Positions 1 to 14,318 of a stretch of DNA of 64,000 nucleotides are shown in pieces. The notes beneath the pieces are model-generated. The model worked only from the letters and a program-made list of their open reading frames with translations. It did not search any database and had not been told where the DNA came from. Each line of letters opens with the position of its first letter. The stretch's first letter is position 1. The DNA is taken from the NCBI GenBank assembly GCA_009914755.4, contig CP086569.2, positions 12,960,001-13,024,000 on the forward strand, read 5' to 3'. The DNA is from the human T2T-CHM13v2.0 reference genome, Homo sapiens. The position numbers and the translations under genes were made by a program.

Positions 1-174
1 AGGACTCTCTTTTTGGTTTTCAGATGGCTACCTTCTTGTGTCTGCAAATGATGGTGGGGGAGAGAGGGTGGAGAACAAGCTCTCTTGTCTCTCTGATTAT
101 AAAGGCACTAATCCCATCATGAGGGCTCCATTCTCATGACCTGTTTTTCAAAGTCCCCATCTTCAAATACCATC
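1..174 (-). mobile_element. MLT1-type MaLR (ERVL-MaLR) solo LTR, partial (truncated by window start)
   Basis: Reverse-complement matches the MLT1 LTR body ('ttataaaggcactaatcccatcatgagggctcc...ccccatcttcaaataccatc'). It abuts the next MLT1 copy directly. Confidence 0.6.
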
Positions 175-635
175 TGTCTTAGTCTTACAGGCTGCTATAA
201 TGAATACACTATAAAATGGGTGGCTTATAAGCAACATAAATTTATTCCTTCCAGTTCTGGAGGCTGGAAGTCCAAGATCAAGTTGTGGCAGGTTTAGTGT
301 CTGGTGAGGACTGTTCTCCTAGTTCACGGATGGTGCTATGTCCATTCTGGTTTATAGATGACATTATGTTCTTCCTGTGTCCTCACATGGTGGAAAGGGT
401 GAGGGAGCTCTCTGGTTCCCTTTTTATAACGAAACTCATTCCATCCATGAGGCTCCATCCTTATGACCTCACCACCTCCCAAAAGCACCACCTCCTAACA
501 CGATCACCTTGGAGGTGAAAATTCCAATATGTGAAATTTGGAGGGCAGATATTCAGATCATAGGACCATGATAGTAAAAATTGGGATTCCAAAACATATA
601 AATTTGGGGAAGTTGAGATAAACATTCATTCCATT
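175..635 (-). mobile_element. MLT1-type MaLR solo LTR
   Basis: Starts 'tgtcttagtcttacaggctgctataa...ttccagttctggaggctggaagtccaagatcaag', which is the reverse complement of the MLT1 3' end. It ends with 'ggaggtgaaaattccaatatgtgaaatttggagggcagatattcag', and the terminal ~45 bp appear duplicated. Confidence 0.7.
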
Positions 636-1049
636 GCATCCCCTACCTGCCCTGTGTAAAGAGAATGCATGCCTATTGAATTCAGATGCCTGCCTATCTA
701 ACTGGCATTTTCTCTTGCGGGGTATGGATGGTACACATGCCCCAACTGGCTACAGAGCTGTGGGCAGAAAGCTTGAAAGCAGCTTGAGGGCATTTTGGAA
801 TCTGGCTCTGAGGCACACAGCAGACTTAATGAGTCTTTAATGACAACCAGAGACTTGGAGGTGGAGGGTGATTTTCTACACAGCAGATGAGAATGAACTT
901 CTCTCCAACATTTGTTTGGATGAAGCAACTCAAGCCATCCATGAGATCAAATGCCCGGGCCTGTCAATACCCAGCTGATTGGAAAGTCTTCTGGGAAAGA
1001 ATGAACCTTCTCATTCCCCATCTGGCAGGCTTCTGATGCCACTGCACCA

Positions 1050-2045
1050 TTGGAGGTTCCTAAAATGCTCATCAACACAATTCACTGGCAGCTCATTTTA
1101 CCTAGGATTTGACCCTCAACATTACTGAGTTGGGGGAGAGAAACTTTCCACCTCTCAGGTAGGAGACCAGAATTGGGCCATGAACAAAGGAAGTGGGAAG
1201 CCCTGCCATCTGTAGCAATGGGACTGGTTTCTTGGGAAAAACTTGGTTTTACAAGGTTTAGAAAATCTGCTCATCAAAACTACCATCTCATCCAGCAATC
1301 CCACTCACTGTGTATCTACCCACAGGAAAATAAATCATTCTATCCAAAAGATACCTGCACTCACCCGTTTATCATAGCACTAGTCACAATAGCAAAGATA
1401 TGGAATCAACCTAAGTTGACTCCTCTCAAAATGTAAGTGTCCATCAGTGCATGAATGGATAAAGAAAATGTGGCATATATACACACCATGTGTATTAATC
1501 TGTTCTCACACTGCTGATAAAGACATACCCAAGACTGGGTAATTTATAAAGGAAAGAGGTTTTAATGGACTTACAGTTCTATATGGCTGGGGAGGCCTTA
1601 TAGTCATGGCAGAAGAGCAGGGTATGTCTTACATGGCATCAGGCAAGAAGAGAATGAGAACCAAGCAAAAAGTGAAACCCCTTATAAAACCATCAGATCT
1701 CGTGAGATTTATTCACTACTATGTAGACATTATGAGGGAGACTGCCCCCTTGATTCAATTATCTCCTACTGGATCTCTCCTGCAACACATGGGCATTATG
1801 GCAGCTACAATTCAAGATGATATTTGTGTGGGGACACAGCCAAACCATATCTCCACGGAATATTACACAGCCCTCCAAATGAATTAAATCATGACTTTTG
1901 CAGCAACATGGATAGAACTGGAGGATATTATCCTAAGTGAAACAACTCAAAAACAGAGAGATAAACACCCCATATTCTCACTTATAAGTGGGAGCTAAAC
2001 ATTGTGTAGACATGGACATAGACAGTGGAATAAGAGACATTGGGG
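1050..2045 (+). mobile_element. Old LINE-1 (L1M/L1PB-like) ORF2 C-terminal / 3' region fragment, interrupted by a THE1/MST LTR
   Basis: Translation matches the L1 ORF2 C-terminus (..HQNYHLIQQSHSLCIYPQENKSFYPKDTCTHPFIIALVTIAKIWNQPK..). L1 sequence resumes after 1868 ('ggaatattacacagcc...tggatagaactggaggatattatcctaagtgaaac'). Confidence 0.75.
1492..1868 (-). mobile_element. THE1/MST-type MaLR solo LTR nested inside the L1 fragment
   Basis: 'gtattaatctgttctcacactgctgataaagacatacccaagactgggtaatttataaaggaaagaggttttaatggacttacagttc...ccaaaccatatc' is the reverse complement of the THE1 consensus from 3' end to 5' end. Confidence 0.85.
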
Positions 2046-2169
2046 TTTGGGAGTAAGTATGTTATTACTGGAAAGAACATGCCCACATTTTTACTATGAG
2101 TAGTACAGATTGAGTTTACAGGGATAATACATTTCTTTTTGAACATGGATCAAAAATATTTTTGCAAGA

Positions 2170-2600
2170 TATAGAACTAATCTAACTGTCCATTAACCAA
2201 TGAGTGGATAAGACTATGTGGATACCATGGAATACTACTCAGCTATAAAAGCGAATGAAATAATGTCTTCTACAGCAACTTGGATAGAACTGGGGGCCAC
2301 TATTCTAAGTGAAGTAACTCAAGAATGGAAAACCAAACATTGTATGTTCTCACCTATAGGTGGGAACTAAACTATGAGGATGCAAAGGCATAAGAATGAT
2401 ATAATGGACTTCAAGGACTCAGGGAGGTGGGAAGGCTGGGAGTGGGGTGAGGGATAAAAGACTACATATTGGGCACAGTGTACACTGCTTGGATGGTAGG
2501 CACACAAAAATCTCAGGAATCACCAGTAATGAATGTAACACGTAACCTTAAACCACCTGTATTCCCCACAACTATTAAAATAAAAACAAAAAGTATTAAA
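2170..2600 (+). mobile_element. LINE-1 3'-end fragment (L1P-like)
   Basis: 'ccatggaatactactcagctataaaag...ttctcacctataggtgggaactaaactatgag...' followed by an A-rich 3' tail. Confidence 0.8.
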
Positions 2601-2744
2601 AAAATTTTTTTTGGCACATTTTGAGTACCAAGCACTAAATTATTTATTTTTTGTAGTAGTTTATTTTATTTATTACTTATTTTATTTCCGTAGGTTTTTG
2701 GGGAACTGGTGGTGTTTGACTACATGAGTAAGTTCTTTCATGGT

Positions 2745-3480
<736 letters not shown>

Positions 3481-4189
3481 ATATGAGTAGAAAGTTTTCA
3501 TTTTGTAAGTGGAAAATGAGTTCTGAAGATGGATGGTGATGGTTGCACAATAACATGAATATATTTAACACTACTTCAGGGTACACTTAAAAATGGTGAA
3601 GATAATAGCTTTTGCATTATGTTCATGCAATTTTAAAAATATACAGTACCAAAAAATGGTCCTTTCCTCCTCTTAGGATAATGGTAGACATACATCAATG
3701 CATACATTTTACTCTGAAGTCACTTGCAAGATAGCCTGCTAAATGATTTCAAGTCCCTCTTGCTGGTTCAATGAGAAGCAGAGAAAATAACCATGTTCCT
3801 ATATCACAGTAGAGGACATGCAAACTGCAGCTGATTGATATCACAGGCCATACCAAGGAGAAGGCCACACTTGGATTGCATTTTCCTGTCACCATGGATG
3901 TTCTATTAAAGAGATATTAGCAGAAATCCATTCTTAAAAAACGTGTTCATTTCTTTTTCCAGCACTTTAAATTGAAGGAACACATTTTCTCAATGGGAAA
4001 GCTCTAAGATATGTGCCCCCAGGCAAGCAAGTCTTGGATATATTACTAAAAGTTGCATTGGCCAATGTGGGTGGAGCCCTCTGGATACAGATGAGAGTCT
4101 TGGGAATTTAAAGTCTACATATTTTTATTTAATCTTTACATCAGTATTGATAACAGTCCATTGTTATCTGTGTTTTTCAGCCTAGGTGA

Positions 4190-4400
4190 CTGGTACAACT
4201 CACCACTGGTCACCCAGTCAGAAAACGTGCATTCAGGATTCAAACCCAATTAGCTTGCCTTAAGAGCCTAAAAATTCTTGCCAGTTTCCTGGTCTCTGCT
4301 CAGGTGAAAAACAGCCATTTCTTGGTGTCTTCACAAGATGCATTATCACACTCTTCTTCCTCACATATTAGGTGATTTCACAGAGGTGCAACCTGGAGTT
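4190..4400 (+). mobile_element. MIR-like SINE fragment (tentative)
   Basis: 'attcaggattcaaacccaattagcttgcctt...cttgccagtttcctggtctctgctcaggtgaaaaacag' resembles the MIR core 'gggttcgaatcccggctctgccacttactagc...gcctcagtttcctcatctgtaaaatgggg'. Confidence 0.4.
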
Positions 4401-5523
4401 AAGTATTTTTAAGTGCCTCTTATGTATTTCTGTCCTCATCACATTACATTTAAATCAATCCAATAATATGTATTGACTTAAAACACATCACTGTTGGGGG
4501 CCCATTCCAAGATGGCTGAGTAGGAACAGCTCTGGTCTGCAACTCCCAGCATAATCAACACAGAAGACAGGTGATTTTTGCATTTCCAACTGAGGTACCT
4601 GATTTATCTCATTGAGACTGGTTGGACAGTGGGTGCAGCCCACAGAGGGTGGGCTGAAGCAGGGTGAGGTTTTATCTCACCCAGGAAGCACAAGGGGTTG
4701 GGAGATTTCCCTTTCCTAGCCAAGGGAATCTGTGACAGACTGTACCTGGAAAAATGGTACACTACGCCCAAATACTGCACTTTTCCAACAGTCTTAGCAA
4801 CCAGCAGACCAGGAGATTCTCTCCCATGCCTGGATCAGTGGGTCCCATGCCTAAGGACCCTTGCTTAATGCTAATGCAGCAGTCTGACTGAGATTGACCT
4901 CCGAGGCTGCAGCCAGGTGGGGGGAGGGGCGTCCACCATTGCTGAGGCTTGAGTAGGTAAACAAAGTGGCTTGGAATCTCAAACTGGGCAGAGCCCACTG
5001 CAGCTCAGCAAGACCTATTGCCTCTATAGACTCCACCTCTGTGGGCAGGGAATAGCTGAACAAAAGGCAGCAGAAACTTCTGCAGACTTAAAAGTCCCTG
5101 CCTGAAAGCTCTGAAGAGAGCAGTAGTTCTCCCAGCATGGCTTTTGAGCTCTGAGAATGCACAGACTTGCTCTTCAAGTGGGTCCCTGATCACTGTGTAG
5201 CCTAACTGGGAGACACCTCCCAGTAGGAGCTGACAGACACCTCATACACCTAGAGGGTGCCCCTTTGGGACAAAGCTTCCAGAGGAAGGATCAGACAGTA
5301 ATATTTGCTGTTCTGCAGCTTCCACTGGTGATACCCAGGAAAACAGGGTCTGGAATGGACCTTCAGCAAACTCCAATGGACCTGCAGCAGAGGGACCTGA
5401 CTGATAGAAGGAAAACCAACAAGCAGAAAGGAATAGCATCAACATCAACAAAAAGGACATCCACACCAAAACCCCATCTGTAGGACATCAACATCAAAGA
5501 CCAAAGGTAGACAAAACCACAAA

Positions 5524-6544
5524 GATGGGGAGAAACTAGAGCATAAAAGCTGAAAATTCTAAAAACCAGAGAGCCTCTCCTCCTCCAAAGGATTGCAGCT
5601 CCTCCCCAGCAATGGAACAAAGCAGGACAGAGAATGGCTTTGATGAGTTGACAGAAGCAAGCTTCAGAAAGTTGGTAATAACAAACTTCTCCAGCTAAAG
5701 GAGCATGTTCAAACCCATAACAAGAAAGCTAAAAACCTTGAAAAAAGATTAGATGAATGGCTAACTGGAATAAACAGTGTAGAGAAGACATTAAATGACC
5801 CGATGGAGCTGAAAACCATGGTATGAGAACTTCGTGATGCATGCACAAGCTTCAATAACTCATTTGATCAATGAAAGAAAGGATATAAGGGAAGGAAGAT
5901 CAAATTAATGAAATAAAGTGAGAAGACAAGATTAGAAAAAAAAAAGTAAAAAGAAACAAAACTTCCAAGAAATAAGGGGCTATGTGAAAAGACCAAATCT
6001 ACATTTCATCAGTGTACCTGAAAGTGGAGGGGAGAATGGAATCAAGTTGGAAAACACTCTGCAGGATATTATCCAGGAGAACTTCCCTAACCTAGCAAGG
6101 CAGGCCAACATTCAAATTCAGGAAATACAGAGAATACCACAAAGATACTCCTCGAGAACAGCAGAACCAAGACACATAATTGTCAAATTCACCATGGTAG
6201 AAATGAAGGAAAAAATGTTAAGGGCAGCCAGAGAGAAAGGTCAGGTTACCCACAACAGTAAGCCCTTTGGACTAACAGCAGATCTCTCAGCAGAAACCAT
6301 GGAATCCAGAAGAGAGTGGGGGCCAATATTCAACATTCTTAAAGAAAAGAATTTTCAACTCAGAATTTCATATTCAGCCAAACTAAGCTTCATAAGTGAA
6401 GGAGAAATAAAATCCTTTACAGACAAGCAAATGATGACAGATTTCGTCACCACCAGGCTTGCCTTACAAGAGCACCTGAAGGAAGCACTGAACATGGAAA
6501 GGAATAACTGGTACCAGCCACTGCAAAAACATGCCAAACTGTAA
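5524..6544 (+). pseudogene. L1 ORF1 (ORF1p) remnant: N-terminal half has stops, C-terminal 186 aa open
   Basis: The ORF at 5984..6544 translates to RPNLHFISVPESGGENGIKLENTLQDIIQENFPNLARQANIQIQEIQR...ERNNWYQPLQKHAKL (~85% identical to L1HS ORF1p). Upstream frame has in-frame stops (MGRN*, ..TMV*..). Confidence 0.9.
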
Positions 6545-6607
6545 AGACCATTGATGCTATGAAGAAGCTGCATCAATTAATGGGCAAAATAACCAGCTAA
6601 CATCATA

Positions 6608-9600
6608 ATGACAGGATAAAATTCACACAAAATAATATTGACCTTAAATTGTAAATGAGCTAAATGCCCCAGTTAGAGTCACAGACTGGCAAATTAGATA
6701 TAGAGTCAAGACCCATCAGTGTGCTGTATTCAGGAGACCCATCTCATGTGCAGAGACACATATAGGCTCAAACTAAAGGGAAGTAGGAACATCTACCAAG
6801 AAAATGGAAAGCAAAAAAAGCAGGGGTTGCAATCCTAGTCTCTGATAAAACAGACTTTAAACCAACAAAGATCAAGAAACAAAGAAAGTCATCATCTAAT
6901 GGTAAAGGGATCAATTCAACAAGAAGAGCTAACTATCCTAAATATATATGCACCCAACAGGAGCATATATATTCATTCATATGCTTATCTTATCATATTC
7001 ATATAAAGATTCATACAGCAAGTCTTTAGAGACCTACAAGGAGACTTAGACTCCCATACAATAATAATGAGAGACTTTAACACCCCACTGTCAATATGAA
7101 ACAGATCAATGAGAAGTGAAGAAGGTTGACAAAGATATCCAGGACTTGAACTCAGCTCTGTGACAAGTGGACCTAATAGACATCTACAGAACTCTCCACC
7201 CCAGATCAACAGAATATACATTCTTCTCAGCGCCATATCACAGTTATTCTAAAATTGACCACATAATTGGAAGTAAAGCACTCCTCAGCAAATGTAAAAT
7301 AACAGAAATCACAAAAACTGTCTCTCAGACCACAGTCCAATCAAATTAGAACTCAGGATTAAGAAACTCACTCAAAACTGCACAACTATATGGAAACTGA
7401 ACAACCGGCTCCTGAATGACTACTAGGTAAATAACAAAATGAAGGCAGAAATAATGAGGTTCCTTGAAACCAGTGAGAACAAAGACACAATGCACCAGAA
7501 TCTCTGGGACACACTTAAAGCACTGTACAGAGGGAAATTTATAGCACTAAATGCCCTCATGAGGAAGCAGGAAAGATAAAAAATTTACACCCTAACATCA
7601 CAATTAAAAGAACTGGAGAAGCAAGAGCAAACAAATTCAGAAGCTAGCAGAAGGCAAGAAGTAACTAAGATCAGAGCAGAACTAAAGGAGATAGAGACAC
7701 AAAACACCATTCAAAAAATCAATGAATCCAGAAACTGGTGTTTTGAAAAGATCAACAAAATTGATAGACTGCTAGCAAGACTAATAAAGAAAAAAGGAGA
7801 GAAGAATCAAATAGAAGAAATATAAAATGATAAAGGGGATATCACCACCGATCCCACAGAAATACAAACTACCATCAGAGAATACTATAAACACCTCTAC
7901 ACAAACGAACTAGAAAATCTAGAAGAAATGGATAAATTCCTGGACACATACACCCTGCCAATACTAAACCAGGAAGAAGTTGAATATCTGAACAGATCAA
8001 TAGCAGGCTCTGAAATTGAGGCAATAGTTAATAGCCTAACCACCAAAAAAAGTCCAGGACCAGACAGATTCACAGTCAAATTCTACCAGATGTACAAACA
8101 GGAGCTGGCACCATTCCTTCTGAAAGTATTCCTGTCAACTGAAAAGAGGGAATCCTCCCTAATTCATTTTATGAGGCCAGCATCATCCTGATACCAAAGC
8201 CTGGCAGAGACACAACAACAAAAAAAGGGAACTTAAGACCTATATCCCTGATGAATATTGATGCAAAAATCCTCAATAAAATACTGGCAAACCAAATCCA
8301 GCAGCACATCAAAAAGCTTATCCACCACAGTCAAGTCAGTTTCACCCCAGGGATGCAAGGCTGCTTCAACATACACAAATCAATAAATGTATCCCATCAC
8401 ATAAACAGAACCAATGACAAAAAACATACGATTATCTCAATGGATGCAGAAAAAGCCTTTGATAAAATTCAACAGCCCTTCAGGCTATAAACTCTTAATA
8501 AACTACGTATTGATGGAATGAATTTCAAAATAATCAGAGCTATTTATGGCAAACCCACAGCCTAGCATTTGAAGTTCTTTCCAGGGCAATCAGGCAAGAG
8601 AAAGAGATAGTGTATTCAATTAGGAAAAGAGGAAGTCAAATTGTCCCAGTTTGCAGATGATATGATTGTATATTTAGAAAACCCCATTGTTTCAGGCCAA
8701 AATTTCCTCAAGCTGATAAGCACTTCAGCAAAGTCTCAGGATACAAAATCAATGTGCAAAAACCACAAGCATTCCTTTGCACCAATAACAGACAAACAGA
8801 GAGCTAAATCATCAGTAAACTCCCATTTCCAATTGCTACAAAGAGAATAAAATACCTAGGAATCCAACTTACAAGGGATGGGAAGGATCTCTTCAAGAAC
8901 TACAAACCACTGCTCAATAAAAGAAAAGAGGACAAAAACAAATGGAAGAACATTCCATACTCATGGATAAGAAGAATCAATAACATGAAAATGGCCATAC
9001 TGCACAAGGTAATTTATAGATTCAATGCCATCCCCATCAATCTACCAATGACTTTCTTCACAGAGTTGGAAAAAAAACTACTTTAAACTACATATGGAAC
9101 CAAAAAAGACACTGCATAGCCCAAGAAAATCCTAAGCAAAAAGAACAAAGCTGGAGGCATCATGCTACCTGACTTCAAACTATACTACAAGACTATAGTA
9201 ACCAAAACAGCATGGTAATGGTACGAAAACAGAGATATAGACCAATGGAAGAGAACAGAGCCCTCAGAAACAAAGCCACATATCTACAACTACCTGATCT
9301 TTGACAAACCTGACAAAAACAAGAAATGGGGAATGGATTCCCTATTTAATAAATGGTGCTGGGAAAACTGGCTAGCTATGTGTAGAAAAATGAAGCTGAA
9401 TCAAAAGAAGCAACCATCAGAGTGAACAGGCAACCTACAGAATGGGAGAAAATTTTTGCAATCTACCCATCTGACAAAGGGCTAATATCCAGAATCTACA
9501 GAGAACTTAAACAAATTTTCAAGAAAAAGAAAACCATTAAAACGTGGGCAAAGGATATAAACAGACACTTCTCAAAGAAGACATTTATGCAGCCAACAGA

Positions 9601-10160
9601 CATGTGAAAAAATGCTCATCATCACTAGTCATCCAAGAAATGTTAATCAAAACCACAATGAGATACTATGTCACACCAATTAGGATGGCGATCATTAAAA
9701 AGTCAGCAAACTGCAGATGTTGGAGAGGATGTGGAGAAATAAGAATGCTTTTACACTGTTGGTGGGAGAGTAAATTAGTTCAACCATTGTGGAAGACAGT
9801 GTGGCAATTCCTCAAGGATCTAGAACTTGAAATACCTTTTGACCCAGCAATCCCATTACTGGGTATATACCCAAAGGATTACATATTATGCTAAGATAAA
9901 GACACATGCACACGTATGTTTATTTGACAATATTCACAATAGCAAAGACTTGGAACCAACGTAAATGTCCATCAATGATAGACTGGATTAAGAAAATGTG
10001 GCACATATACATCATGGGATACTATACAGCCATAAGATAGGATGAATTCACGTCCTTTGCAGGGACATGGATGAAGCTGGAAACCATCATTTTCAGCAAT
10101 CTATCACAAGGACAGGAAACCAAACACCACATGTTCTCACTCATAGGTGGGAATCGAACA
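6608..10160 (+). pseudogene. L1 ORF2 (endonuclease / reverse transcriptase) remnant, fragmented by frameshifts and stops
   Basis: Begins 'atgacaggataaaattcacac'. RT motifs are present ([29 protein letters not shown]...[14 protein letters not shown]), as is the C-terminal motif [53 protein letters not shown]. The frame is split across the track ORFs 7167, 7928, 8251, 8641, 9422 and 9544. Confidence 0.9.
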
Positions 10161-10517
10161 ATGAGAACACTTGAACACAGTGGGGAGAATGTCACACACC
10201 AGGGCCTGTTGGGGAGTGGGGTCTGGGGGAGGGATAGCATTAGGAGAAATACCTAATGTAAATGATGACTTGATGGGTGCAGCCAACCAATATGGCACAT
10301 GTATACCTAGGTATCAAAACTGCACGTTATGCACATGTACCCTAGAACTTAAAGTATAATAAAAATAATAATAAAATATCAGTGTTCATGTCAAAGCTAC
10401 AGATATATAGACAACACTGTTACTGACTGTACAGACTGCACCCTGTGGAGGGAAATGAAGCTACAGCAGACAAAGATACACAGGTAATGGACACAAGGGG
10501 AGTTTGGAAAATTGTCT

Positions 10518-10864
10518 TCTTTCCCTGGGGCTGCTATAACAAAACACTACGGACTTGAGGCTTATTAACAGCAGCTATTTATGTCTCACAGCTGGAATTC
10601 CAAGATCAAAGTGTGCCAGATGCAATGTCTGGTGATAACCAGCTTCTTTATTCACAGACAGTGACTTCTTGCTGTGTCCTTACATGGTGGAAGGTGCAAG
10701 AGAGCTCTTTGGAGTCCCTTTTTATAAGGGCACTCATCCCACTCATGAGGCACCGCCTCCACAACCTCATTATCTCTCAAAGGCTCCATCTCCCAACACC
10801 ATGATCTTGAGTGTTAGAATTTTCACACAGAAAATTTGGAGGACACAAACATTCACACCATAGA
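10518..10864 (-). mobile_element. MLT1-type MaLR solo LTR
   Basis: 'ggggctgctataacaaaacactacggacttgaggcttattaacagcagctatttatgtctcacagctggaattccaagatcaaagtg...tttggaggacacaaacattcacaccatag'. Confidence 0.75.
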
Positions 10865-10886
10865 TTAGTAATATAAAAAATGAATA

Positions 10887-11190
10887 GGGTCAGGGCAGCA
10901 GCTCACAGCTGTAATTCCAGCACTTTGGGGGGCTGAAGTGGGCAGATCACTTGAGGTCAGGAGTTTGAGACCAGCCTAGTTAATATGGTGAAACCCTATC
11001 TCTACTAAAAATACAAAACTCAGCCAGGTGTGGTTGCACCTGCCAGTGTTTCAGCTACTCAGGAGGCTGAACAGGAGAATCACTTGAGCCTGGGAGGTGG
11101 TGGTTGCAATGAGACAAGATTGAGACAACTACACTCCGGTCTGAGCAACAAAGCAAGACTACTCAAAAAAAAAAAAAAAAAAAAAAAAAA
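10887..11190 (+). mobile_element. Alu SINE
   Basis: 'gggtcagggcagcagctcacagctgtaattccagcactttgggg...' with a 26-nt poly(A). Confidence 0.9.
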
Positions 11191-11484
<294 letters not shown>

Positions 11485-12712
11485 TGAATAAATCATATAG
11501 AAAGAAAAAGAAGAAGAGCTGTTAATTCAGTAAAAGGAACTTGGTAACATTTCAGGAACAAAATGGCTTTAGAGTTGGGACTTCCAATGTGTGGGCATTC
11601 AGCATACAGAGATGGGGCCAGAGAGGAAAATGATAGTGAGGTCAGAGAGGATGGGAGGAGATAAGTAAAGCAAAAGGATAGAACCAAAAGGAAAAGCAGA
11701 ATCGAGTCTAGGGGAGAAGGGAACTTGGAAAAGCAGAGGCATTAACCTCTCTATAACTTTGTGAATAACTCTTTGTATTTGTCTGACCTGGGAAAAAGTT
11801 CCAGAGCAACCACTTTCAAGCTTGGGCAAATTTCTCAATTACTCTAAGTCTCATCTTTTCTTTTCTTTACTTTTGTTTTTTGGTTTTTACAGTTGTTTGC
11901 ACAAGAGTAGCAACCATCCAGAGTGGGGTGCATGGAGTAAACTCAGAAAAAGTCATGCTTTAAAAAAATGCTTAGTCCAATGGCTATCATCGAATATGCT
12001 CATTAGGAAATAACAAAATACAACAAAAATTTGAAGGTATGGAGTTGACTGATGATCTAAAGAGTCAGCCATGTGTAATTATAAAAGTTTACAGACCTGA
12101 GATTTATGAATATTTTGTTTGTTTCTAAGTACAGTTGATTTTCATTATTATAAATTTTGTCTTTCTGAACTTGCCTGCTCACTAAAACTTTGTAACCTCG
12201 AAATCAATATGACACTTTTGCAGTCATTTGCAGAGACACACAGAAAGCTGGAAAAAAAATGCAAATTGCTCAAAGTGCATGTTCCCAGCTAAAGTGGGAC
12301 CTGGCCATTCCCTACCTTCTTGTTTCAGCTGTCATACTTTAAACAAGTGGAATTATTGCAGTCCATTGAGTACCATGTGTTTTGCATGTTTGTGCTTTTT
12401 GTTGGTGATTTTGCTGTTTAAAATGGCTTGAAGAACAGAGCTGAAAGGTTGCCTGGGGTCCCTAGTATAAAAAGACTGCAATGTGCCTCACAGAGAAAAT
12501 CTCTGTGTTACAGAAGCATTACTCAGGCATGAGCCATGGTGCTGCTGGACATGAGTTCAGTGTGAATGAGTCAACAATATCTACTCAGAAATATTTTCTT
12601 AAACATAAACATACATAAAACAAGATCATGTATTGACTGATTGATGAAAATGTTGTGACCGGATATCATAGAAACCTAATCTTGTATTTCCCCTAGGAGA
12701 GAGAGTTTATGA

Positions 12713-12960
<248 letters not shown>

Positions 12961-13483
12961 CAACTATCACAAATACTGAGAATTCAATGTAATTTCAATT
13001 TTTATTTCTACTGAAATAAATTGGGGATCTCAATCAACCTAGGAGCCTGTTGGGTTTGCCCATTGCTGAATTGCTGATGATTGTTCCAATGCTGGGATTA
13101 TAATAGGCATTTGATTAACATTAGGTTTATACATCAGGTGAGTAAGGAGGAGACTGGCTTCATTAATACCACATAGTCACCATGCAAAAGTATCACATTT
13201 ATTAGGGAAGTGTGACACTGGCATGGAGAAATCAAATGAATAAAATTCCTATAGTAAATCATGGCTGAACATAATGTAAAATAGTCATTATAGAAAAGAA
13301 ATTATAATTACTTCTCCAATATTCCGTACAATAACACTCTAGGAAGGCAATCACATTACTAGTATTGATTTTGACCAATTGTCTTTTCCAGTCATTAAAA
13401 TGAATGACAACCACAAAACCTAAAGTATGCATACACTTCTTGTATTATTTTTCTGTGGCTGTTGTAACAAATTACTACAATCT

Positions 13484-13950
13484 GGGTGGATTGTGGAACC
13501 AGCCAAAATGCCCCTCAATCAATAGGTTGGCAAAGAAACTACAAAATACACACACACGCACACACACACACACATACACACACACACCATGGAATACTAC
13601 TCAGCCATAAAAAAGAATAAATTAATGGCATTTGCAGCAGCCTGGATGGGATTAGAAAAGATTATTCTAAATGAAGTCACTCAGGAATGGAAAACCAAGC
13701 ATCATATGTTCTCACTCATAAGTAGGAGCTAAGCTATGAGGATGCAAAGGCATAAAAATGATAAAATGGACACTGGGGACTTGGGAAAAAGGGAAGGGGG
13801 TGAGGGATAAAATGTTACAAATTGGGTTCAGTGTATATTGCTCTGATGATGGGTGCACCAAAATCTCACAAATCACCACTGAATAACTTATGTAACTAGA
13901 TACCACCTGTTCCCCCAAAACCTACGGAAATGAAAAAAAAAATTTAAAAA
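13484..13950 (+). mobile_element. LINE-1 3'-end fragment containing an internal (CA)n
   Basis: 'tggaaccagccaaaatgcccctcaatcaataggttgg...ccatggaatactactcagccataaaaaag...ttctcactcataagtaggagctaagctatgaggatgcaaagg' plus an A-rich tail. Confidence 0.8.
13546..13588. repeat. (CA)n dinucleotide microsatellite (~21 units)
   Basis: 'cacacacacgcacacacacacacacatacacacacacac'. Confidence 0.95.
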
Positions 13951-13959
13951 GATAGCAGG

Positions 13960-14318
13960 AATTTGTTCTCTCAAACTTCTGGAAGCCAGAAGCCAAAATC
14001 AAGGTGTGAGCAGCAACACACCCTCTCTGGAGACTCAAAGAGAGAATCTTTTCTTTGCCTCTTCTGACTTCTGGTGCCTTTTGATGTTCTGTCTTTTGTC
14101 CACATCACTCCAACATCTACCTCCATGGTCACATCACCTCCTCTTCTTCTGTCTTTCTTGCCCTTTTTGCATATTTTATTTAAGCCACCCAGTTTATGTC
14201 ATTTGACATGCATTAGAGGTAGGTCTGTCCAAATAATCCAAGATGATGTCCTCATCTCAAGACTTTTAGCTTAATTACATCTACAAAGAACCTAATGCCA
14301 TAGAAGGTCACATTCACA
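13960..14318 (-). mobile_element. MLT1-type MaLR solo LTR
   Basis: 'cttctggaagccagaagccaaaatcaaggtgtgagcagc...ttagcttaattacatctacaaagaacctaatgccatagaaggtcacattcacag'. Confidence 0.65.

Larger units (their letters stand above)
4496..10377 (+). mobile_element. Full-length (~5.9 kb) LINE-1, L1PA-type, coding-dead
   Basis: 5'UTR starts 'gggggcccattccaagatggctgagtaggaacagctctggtctgc'. ORF1 and ORF2 remnants are present, and the 3' end reads '...ggtatcaaaactgcacgttatgcacatgtaccctagaacttaaagtataataaaaataataataaaata'. Flanking TSD candidate 'atcactgtt' / 'atcagtgtt'. Confidence 0.95.

Noticed and set aside
5984-6544. 186-aa ORF that could be mistaken for a host gene
   Set aside because: It is the C-terminal part of LINE-1 ORF1p (RPNL..ERNNWYQPLQKHAKL); the N-terminal half upstream carries stops. 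It is a retrotransposon remnant, not a cellular gene.
11161-11190. Long poly(A)/poly(T) runs (e.g. 11165-11190, 22722-22749, 30165-30187) as possible intrinsic terminators or promoter elements
   Set aside because: They are Alu and L1 3' poly(A) tails in a eukaryotic context, and there is no upstream GC-rich hairpin. A Rho-independent terminator interpretation is not applicable.
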